Origin: Halarcobacter sp.
GTDB taxonomy: Bacteria; Campylobacterota; Campylobacteria; Campylobacterales; Arcobacteraceae
Reading direction: 5' to 3'
Length of the DNA stretch: 64,000 nt
Assembly (NCBI GenBank): GCA_963676565.1
Contig: OY781089.1
Location: 896,001-960,000, forward strand
In this document: positions 58,698 to 64,000 of the stretch, piece by piece
Layout of the letters: the number at the start of each line of letters is the position of its first letter
Numbering within the stretch: the stretch's first letter is position 1
Notes under the pieces: model-generated
Seen by the model: only the letters and a program-made list of their open reading frames with translations
Database searches by the model: none
What the model was told of the DNA's origin: nothing
Position numbers and translations under genes: made by a program

Positions 58698-59045
58698 TTA
58701 TTTCTTTTTCCCATATTCTATTTTTTCCCCATTTTCATCAAAAAGTGGGTATTTTTTTTCATTTAGTTTCATTTTTTCTAATATTGCTTCTTCTAAATCA
58801 ATATTCAAATCCATGCACATCCTAATTAAGTAAACAGCAATATCAGCAATCTCTTGCTTTGCATGTTCTTTTTTCTTTTCATCTAGGGATGAAGCTTGTT
58901 CTAAAGTAAGCCATTGGAAAATTTCTAGAAGTTCAGAAGCCTCAACACTAAGTGCCATTGAAAGGTTTTTAGGGTTATGAAATTTATCCCAATCCCTTTG
59001 TTGTGAAAATTCACTAATGATACTTTGAATTTTTTTCATATTCAT
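58698..59045 (-). CDS. MazG-like nucleotide pyrophosphohydrolase (dCTP pyrophosphatase/RS21-C6-like)
   Basis: F...RDW..FHNPKNL..AL..EA.EL.E.FQW, E.ADI..YL, K...N..KYP. Confidence 0.9.
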   Translation of the reverse strand: MNMKKIQSIISEFSQQRDWDKFHNPKNLSMALSVEASELLEIFQWLTLEQASSLDEKKKEHAKQEIADIAVYLIRMCMDLNIDLEEAILEKMKLNEKKYPLFDENGEKIEYGKKK

Positions 59046-59101
59046 TTTAAAGCCTTTGAAATAGTATGATTGTATAATAGCGAAAATTCAACTAAAGAAA
59101 A

Positions 59102-60106
59102 GTGATGACAAAAAGAGAATTTATCCAAACACATAAACCAATTGATTTTAAGTTTTATCAAAATGAAGATGACTTTAAAGTTTTAGAAAAGCCAATAAAA
59201 TTTACAGATCGTGGTAATTTTATTATTATGAAAATTAAAAAAAGAAATCTAGGAACTTGGGATTTGTTAGATTCTTTGGCAAAAGGATTAAGAGTTTATG
59301 AAAGTGAGTTGGGTTATGCAGGACTAAAAGATAAAAATGCAACAACAACTCAATATATCTCAATTCCAAGAAAATATGTTAAAGATTTAAAAAAGTTTAG
59401 ACATCCAAAAATTGAGATTTTAGAGACTTTTTTACATAGTACTAAATTAAATATTGGGGATTTGATTTCAAACTCCTTTGAGATTAACTTACATGAAGTT
59501 AAACAAGAAGATATTTACAAAATTGAAAAGTTATTAAAGCAAATTAGTAAAATTGGAATGCCTAATTATTTTGGGTATCAAAGGTTTGGTTTTGATGGGG
59601 ATGAAAATCTTGATAAAGCAAGAAAATATATATATGAAGATTTGATTATTAAAGATAAAAAAATCTCTAAAATGCTAGTTGCTCAATACCAAAGTGATTT
59701 TTTTAATAAGTGGCTTGTCCAAAGATTAAAATTATCAAATGATGAGTTTAAAATTCTTTCTGGGGATGTATTTAGAGTTTATAAAACTGATAAGTTTTTT
59801 ACCCCTAAAAATTTAACGGATGTTATTTTAGAAGATTTTAAAGATAAAAAGATAGTTCCAACTGGTTTACTTCCAGGACGACAAGCTTTTAGGGCAATAA
59901 ATGAAGCTAGAGAGATTGAAGAAAAATTTGATGATACTTATATTCAGGAAAAAGGTTTTAGACGAGATGCGATAGTTTATCCAACAGATATAAGTGTTAA
60001 ATTTGATAAGGAAACTTCAAAGTGTAAAGTTAAATTTACACTTCCTAAAGCTTCTTATGCAACTGTTTTAATAGAAAATATTGCAAATAGAAATCTAAGA
60101 GTTTAA
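59102..60106 (+). CDS. truD: tRNA pseudouridine(13) synthase
   Basis: DF.V.E, GYAGLKDK.A.T.Q..S, N.F.I.L, G.PNYFG.QRFG, F.LP..SYAT. Confidence 0.93.
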   Translation: MMTKREFIQTHKPIDFKFYQNEDDFKVLEKPIKFTDRGNFIIMKIKKRNLGTWDLLDSLAKGLRVYESELGYAGLKDKNATTTQYISIPRKYVKDLKKFRHPKIEILETFLHSTKLNIGDLISNSFEINLHEVKQEDIYKIEKLLKQISKIGMPNYFGYQRFGFDGDENLDKARKYIYEDLIIKDKKISKMLVAQYQSDFFNKWLVQRLKLSNDEFKILSGDVFRVYKTDKFFTPKNLTDVILEDFKDKKIVPTGLLPGRQAFRAINEAREIEEKFDDTYIQEKGFRRDAIVYPTDISVKFDKETSKCKVKFTLPKASYATVLIENIANRNLRV

Positions 60107-60118
60107 ACTCTTAGATTT
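60091..60118. terminator. Perfect 28-bp palindrome spanning both convergent stop codons
   Basis: AAATCTAAGAGTTT|AAACTCTTAGATTT. Confidence 0.55.
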
Positions 60119-61127
60119 TATCAGATAGATCAATATTAATCCCTGCATCAATTAATTCTTGTTGTCTAGGACCTAAATAATCTAAAAATGTTGGATATTC
60201 TTTATAGTATCCACCACTTACGTATCTAAATAGCTCTTTAAAGTGGAAACTAAATAAAAGTGCATCGATTCTTGCTATCTCTTTTTTATTGTCAAAAAGT
60301 AAAATTCCTGGTCTATAATCTAAAGTAATCTGCTTTGCCCAATCATATGGTGTTGTAGTTGTCCCATCAGGAGTTATAATCTTTTCTTTTGAGGTTGCAT
60401 CAAGTCTTACAACAGTATATTTAGCCATCTCTTTTTGTACATCTTTATTTTTGTAAGTTGTGTTATACATATAGTCACATTGAGTACAACTTCCATCTTC
60501 AAAAATAACAGCTAAAGGTGAATCTATTTTTGATAAATCAGTGATATTCTTATAAATAGGATTATCTTTTAAAGTATAAAAAGTTTTGTTTTTAACTTTT
60601 TCTAAATAAGTTGTTAATTCCATATTTTTATACTCTTTGTTTTTTACATAATCAAGTATAAGTTTAAAGTTTGGTTCTGATCTGTAACCATTTACTCTAA
60701 CAACTTGTTCATTATCTTGGTTTAGAAAGATAATTGTTGGTGTATACATAACTTTTAAGTAGTCAGCATACTCTTTTTCAGTCATTCTTTGATCTTCATT
60801 TAAAGCTAATTCTCTACTTCCTTTAATATTAATTCCAATTACATCAAAATTGTTTTCAATATATTCTTGGTTTTTTGCTCCCACTTTGAAGTTATCATCA
60901 AGCATCTTTGTACAATATGGACAAAAATCAAGACTTAAAAACAAAATTACATGCTTATCTTCTCCCTTTGCTTCTTCAATATCTTCCCCAATATCTAGAA
61001 AACTTTCTTTAAACCAACTTGGCCACTCATGGTAAGAACCACCAGTAACTTTCCCTTTTTCATTTGCGTTTAGATTAGTTAAGAACATTGAAGCAATAAA
61101 AATTAAAGCTAATAGTTTTTTTAACAT
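60111..61127 (-). CDS. Periplasmic tandem thioredoxin-fold protein (SoxW-like)
   Basis: Signal peptide, P.WFK.SFLD..ED, CPYC and CTQC motifs, TPT..F / RP.I..FD. Confidence 0.8.
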   Translation of the reverse strand: MLKKLLALIFIASMFLTNLNANEKGKVTGGSYHEWPSWFKESFLDIGEDIEEAKGEDKHVILFLSLDFCPYCTKMLDDNFKVGAKNQEYIENNFDVIGINIKGSRELALNEDQRMTEKEYADYLKVMYTPTIIFLNQDNEQVVRVNGYRSEPNFKLILDYVKNKEYKNMELTTYLEKVKNKTFYTLKDNPIYKNITDLSKIDSPLAVIFEDGSCTQCDYMYNTTYKNKDVQKEMAKYTVVRLDATSKEKIITPDGTTTTPYDWAKQITLDYRPGILLFDNKKEIARIDALLFSFHFKELFRYVSGGYYKEYPTFLDYLGPRQQELIDAGINIDLSDKI

Positions 61128-61262
61128 TCCGTCATCTCCCTTTTTTAGTTTATAAGGAAAATAGTAGATTAACTCTACTTAAAAAGAATGATAAAAAATA
61201 TTTATAAAACTTATATAAGTATAGTTTAAAATTAGTAGTGTCTTTTTGTATCAATTTTTCAA

Positions 61263-61293
61263 AAAGAAGAGTCTATTAGTTAGACTCTTCTTT
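61263..61293 (-). terminator. Intrinsic terminator after ccp
   Basis: AAAGAAGAGTCTA / TAGACTCTTCTTT. Confidence 0.8.
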
Positions 61294-61298
61294 AATTT

Positions 61299-62324
61299 TT
61301 AGTTCATATCTGGTTTTGGAGTTTTTTCAGTTATAACTGGTAACTGTGGATATGAGATTTCAGGTTTTTTACCTGTTAAAGATTTTAAGAATGTAACAAT
61401 TTGAGAAGTCTCTTTATCTGATATTTTCATTCCTAATTGAATATCACCCATAAGTTTAACAGCTTGACCTAATGACCAAACATTACCATTATGGAAATAT
61501 GGAGCAGTCTCTTCGATGTTTCTTAGAGTTGGAGTTTTAACCATCCCATCTTTTGTTCCTGTAAATCCACCAACATTTAAGTCGTATTTTGAAGCATCAA
61601 ACGGCATCATTGTTCCACCTAAACCAATATCATTGTGACAACTTGCGCAACCTTTGTCAATGAATACTTTAAGACCAGTTTTCTCTTCTTTTGTTAAAGC
61701 AGCAGTGTTACCATGCATAAATGCATCAAATCTTGATGGAGTGATTAAAGTTCTTTCAAATACTGCAATTGTATCTGTGATTAATTCAAAAGTGATTTTT
61801 ACATCTGGACCATATGCTTTTTTGAATTCTGCAACATAATCTGGCATTGATGTAACTCTGTCAAGAACTAAGCTTTTTGGAGCAGCCATTTCAGGACCTG
61901 CTTGAACTGGACCTTGAGCTTGAGCTTCTAAGTGTGGATCTCTACCATCCCAGAATTGAGCTTTGTTTAATACAGAGTTATAAACTGTTGGTGAGTTTAA
62001 GTGAGCTGGATTTGGAGTCCATTTATGACCAACAGCAGCTCCTACACCATCAACACCACCCATAGCTAAATTGTGACATGTATTACATGAAATAATACCA
62101 GATTTAGATAGTCTTGGGTCAAAGTATAGCTTTTTACCTAGTTCAATTTTACAGTCAGTAATAGGGTTTTTAGGATTGTCAACTAGTTTTAGAACTTCTA
62201 GCTTTGATTGTGGAATTGGTTTTAAACCTGCTTTTTTAGCTTGGTCTAATAAATCAGCGTCCCCCGCACCAAACATACTTGAACATGCGAAAACAACAGA
62301 TGCCAAAATTATAGATTTTTTCAT
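61299..62324 (-). CDS. ccp: Di-heme cytochrome c peroxidase
   Basis: LG.KLYFDPRLS, SCNTCH, distal GH.W, N.PTV.N, QFWDGR, QA.GP....EM, GCASCH, PTLRN...TAPYFH.G. Confidence 0.93.
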   Translation of the reverse strand: MKKSIILASVVFACSSMFGAGDADLLDQAKKAGLKPIPQSKLEVLKLVDNPKNPITDCKIELGKKLYFDPRLSKSGIISCNTCHNLAMGGVDGVGAAVGHKWTPNPAHLNSPTVYNSVLNKAQFWDGRDPHLEAQAQGPVQAGPEMAAPKSLVLDRVTSMPDYVAEFKKAYGPDVKITFELITDTIAVFERTLITPSRFDAFMHGNTAALTKEEKTGLKVFIDKGCASCHNDIGLGGTMMPFDASKYDLNVGGFTGTKDGMVKTPTLRNIEETAPYFHNGNVWSLGQAVKLMGDIQLGMKISDKETSQIVTFLKSLTGKKPEISYPQLPVITEKTPKPDMN

Positions 62325-62414
62325 TTCTTTCTCCTCTTATGAAATATAATTACAATTTTAAAGAAAAAAAATGTGGAAATTATGGGAAAATAAAAATAAG
62401 CTAAAAATTCAATT

Positions 62415-63914
62415 CTATTTTTTAAATTTGATAATAAACAAAGCACCAGATTTTGTATTTGTTGCTTCTAGTTTACCATCACTTTTTTCAATTATGATTT
62501 TTGACATATAAAGACCAATACCTAAACCCTTTTCTTTTGTGGTGAAATATGGCTCAAAAATCTTTTGGAGGAGTTCATTTTTTATACCACCTGCATTATC
62601 ACCAATCTCTAATTTAATCTCATTTTTTGAAATTTGAGTTTTAATTGTGATTTTTGGATTTTTAGTATTTCTTTTTAAAAACTCATCTTTTGCATTATTT
62701 AAAATATTAAAAATAACTTGTAAAAATTCTCCTCGATAAGCTTTTATCTCTATACTTTTGTTTAAATTGGTTTCTATTTCAATCTCATGGTGGGCAAAAC
62801 TATCTTTTAACAAATTCATTACTTCATTTACAGAAGCACTTAAATTAAAAATCTCTTTATTATTAGTATTTCTAAAAAAATCTCTAAAATCATCAATAGT
62901 GTTTGACAAATATTTTATTTGTGCATTTGCCATTGTAGTTTTTTTATCAAAATATTCAGGTGTTAACATCTTCTTTTCATAAGCAGTTTTTAAATTCATT
63001 AATAGAAAAGAAAGGTGAGTTAGTGGTTGTCTCCATTGGTGAGCAATATTACCTATCATTTCTCCCATTGATGCAAGTTTACTTTGGTATGTTAAGTTTT
63101 GAAGTTGTTTTTGTGAAGTTATCAGCTTTCTATAAAATAGTGTAAAAAGTGATAGGAAAAGAGCAACTAAAACAAAAAGAATGTTTAGTGTTAAATATAC
63201 ACTATTTTGTGCAGATTCTCTTTGTTTTAATAAGGACTCTTTTGCATCCTTTAAAAGTATATCAATATTGCTGTTTATTGCAATATCTTGATATTTCAAT
63301 TGAAAGTTTATACTCTCTTGTAAAGCTTCTACTTTTTGAATAAAGTTTTTAATAAAGATATTATCAATCTCAAAGTCTAAGTCATAGTATTTGACAATAT
63401 CTATATTATAAGAGCCTTTATTCTCTAGACTTTCAAGGATATCAATTCTTATATTGTTTAGTTTATCGTTTACTTCTTGATCTAAATCTTTTAATTCTTT
63501 ATATGACCTATCTAAAATGATTGAGATTATTCTTTTATTTGCTGCTTTTCTTGCTTTAAATCTTTCTAGCCAAATTGTTTTTTCATTAAATTGAATTAAT
63601 AATTCATCTAAGATTTTGATATATTGGCTTTTAAATTTTGTTGAAACCGCATCGGTTTTTAATTTTTCCAATGAGTTTAAATTATAATTGATATCTTCAT
63701 TTAAAATATCAAAATTGTTAATTTCACTACTACCTTTTATATAGTTATTTAGTTTATTATTTAAAGCAGTGATAATATTTATTTGGTCATTGTGATTAAA
63801 GAAAATTTGAGTATTTTTTTTATGAACTATAATAATATAAATCATAAATAAAAAAACTACAAGTAAAGTTACTAATACTATATAGATATTGTTTTTAATT
63901 AGATATTGTTTCAT
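62415..63914 (-). CDS. Membrane sensor histidine kinase with all-helical periplasmic domain
   Basis: Two TM helices, QSKLASMGEMIGNIAHQWRQPL, DNAGGI, EPYFTTK..G.GIGLY. Confidence 0.9.
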   Translation of the reverse strand: MKQYLIKNNIYIVLVTLLVVFLFMIYIIIVHKKNTQIFFNHNDQINIITALNNKLNNYIKGSSEINNFDILNEDINYNLNSLEKLKTDAVSTKFKSQYIKILDELLIQFNEKTIWLERFKARKAANKRIISIILDRSYKELKDLDQEVNDKLNNIRIDILESLENKGSYNIDIVKYYDLDFEIDNIFIKNFIQKVEALQESINFQLKYQDIAINSNIDILLKDAKESLLKQRESAQNSVYLTLNILFVLVALFLSLFTLFYRKLITSQKQLQNLTYQSKLASMGEMIGNIAHQWRQPLTHLSFLLMNLKTAYEKKMLTPEYFDKKTTMANAQIKYLSNTIDDFRDFFRNTNNKEIFNLSASVNEVMNLLKDSFAHHEIEIETNLNKSIEIKAYRGEFLQVIFNILNNAKDEFLKRNTKNPKITIKTQISKNEIKLEIGDNAGGIKNELLQKIFEPYFTTKEKGLGIGLYMSKIIIEKSDGKLEATNTKSGALFIIKFKK

Positions 63915-64000
63915 TGTACAATAGTAACTTTTCCATTTAAAGATTTTAAAAACTCTTCAATTAAGAAAATCTCCTCATCTGTTAAATCTAATCCTAGTTG
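63911..64000 (-). CDS. 3' end of a second cytochrome c peroxidase-family protein (truncated by window edge)
   Basis: Manual translation QLGLDLTDEEIFLIEEFLKSLNGKVTIVQ*, parallel to QLGMKISDKETSQIVTFLKSLTG of the complete CCP; TGA overlaps the kinase ATG (ATGA). Confidence 0.7.
   Translation of the reverse strand, partial: QLGLDLTDEEIFLIEEFLKSLNGKVTIVQ

Overview
Very AT-rich bacterial chromosome segment whose gene content and order fit Campylobacterota, most likely Arcobacteraceae (inference). 1-12 kb: a DUF3373-type outer-membrane protein (truncated by the window edge), two tandem small secreted Cys/His proteins, housekeeping genes (rqcH, cdsA, dxr, tsaD, SUI1, nnr, cutA, thiG), a six-tRNA operon and a cold-shock gene. 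13-49 kb: a large nitrogen-scavenging locus. It holds a three-protein signalling set, urtABCDE and ureD, then a ~21 kb allantoin-catabolism block, then ureAB-ureC-ureE-ureF-ureG. The block contains three ABC importers, an NCS1 permease, allantoin racemase, PuuE, allantoicase, two ureidoglycolate lyases, malate synthase G and a GntR regulator with clear tandem TTGTNNACAA operators. 49-59 kb: a GH15/phosphorylase-kinase-like protein, glucokinase, a SauUSI-like PLD-helicase-DUF3427 protein, a histidine kinase with an apparent non-canonical start, a nucleoside deoxyribosyltransferase-family gene and a MazG-like gene. 59-64 kb: truD, a double-thioredoxin protein, a cytochrome c peroxidase, a histidine kinase and the 3' end of a second peroxidase-like gene. 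No transposase, integrase, CRISPR array or rRNA was seen. All family assignments come from motif recognition by eye, not from database searches.
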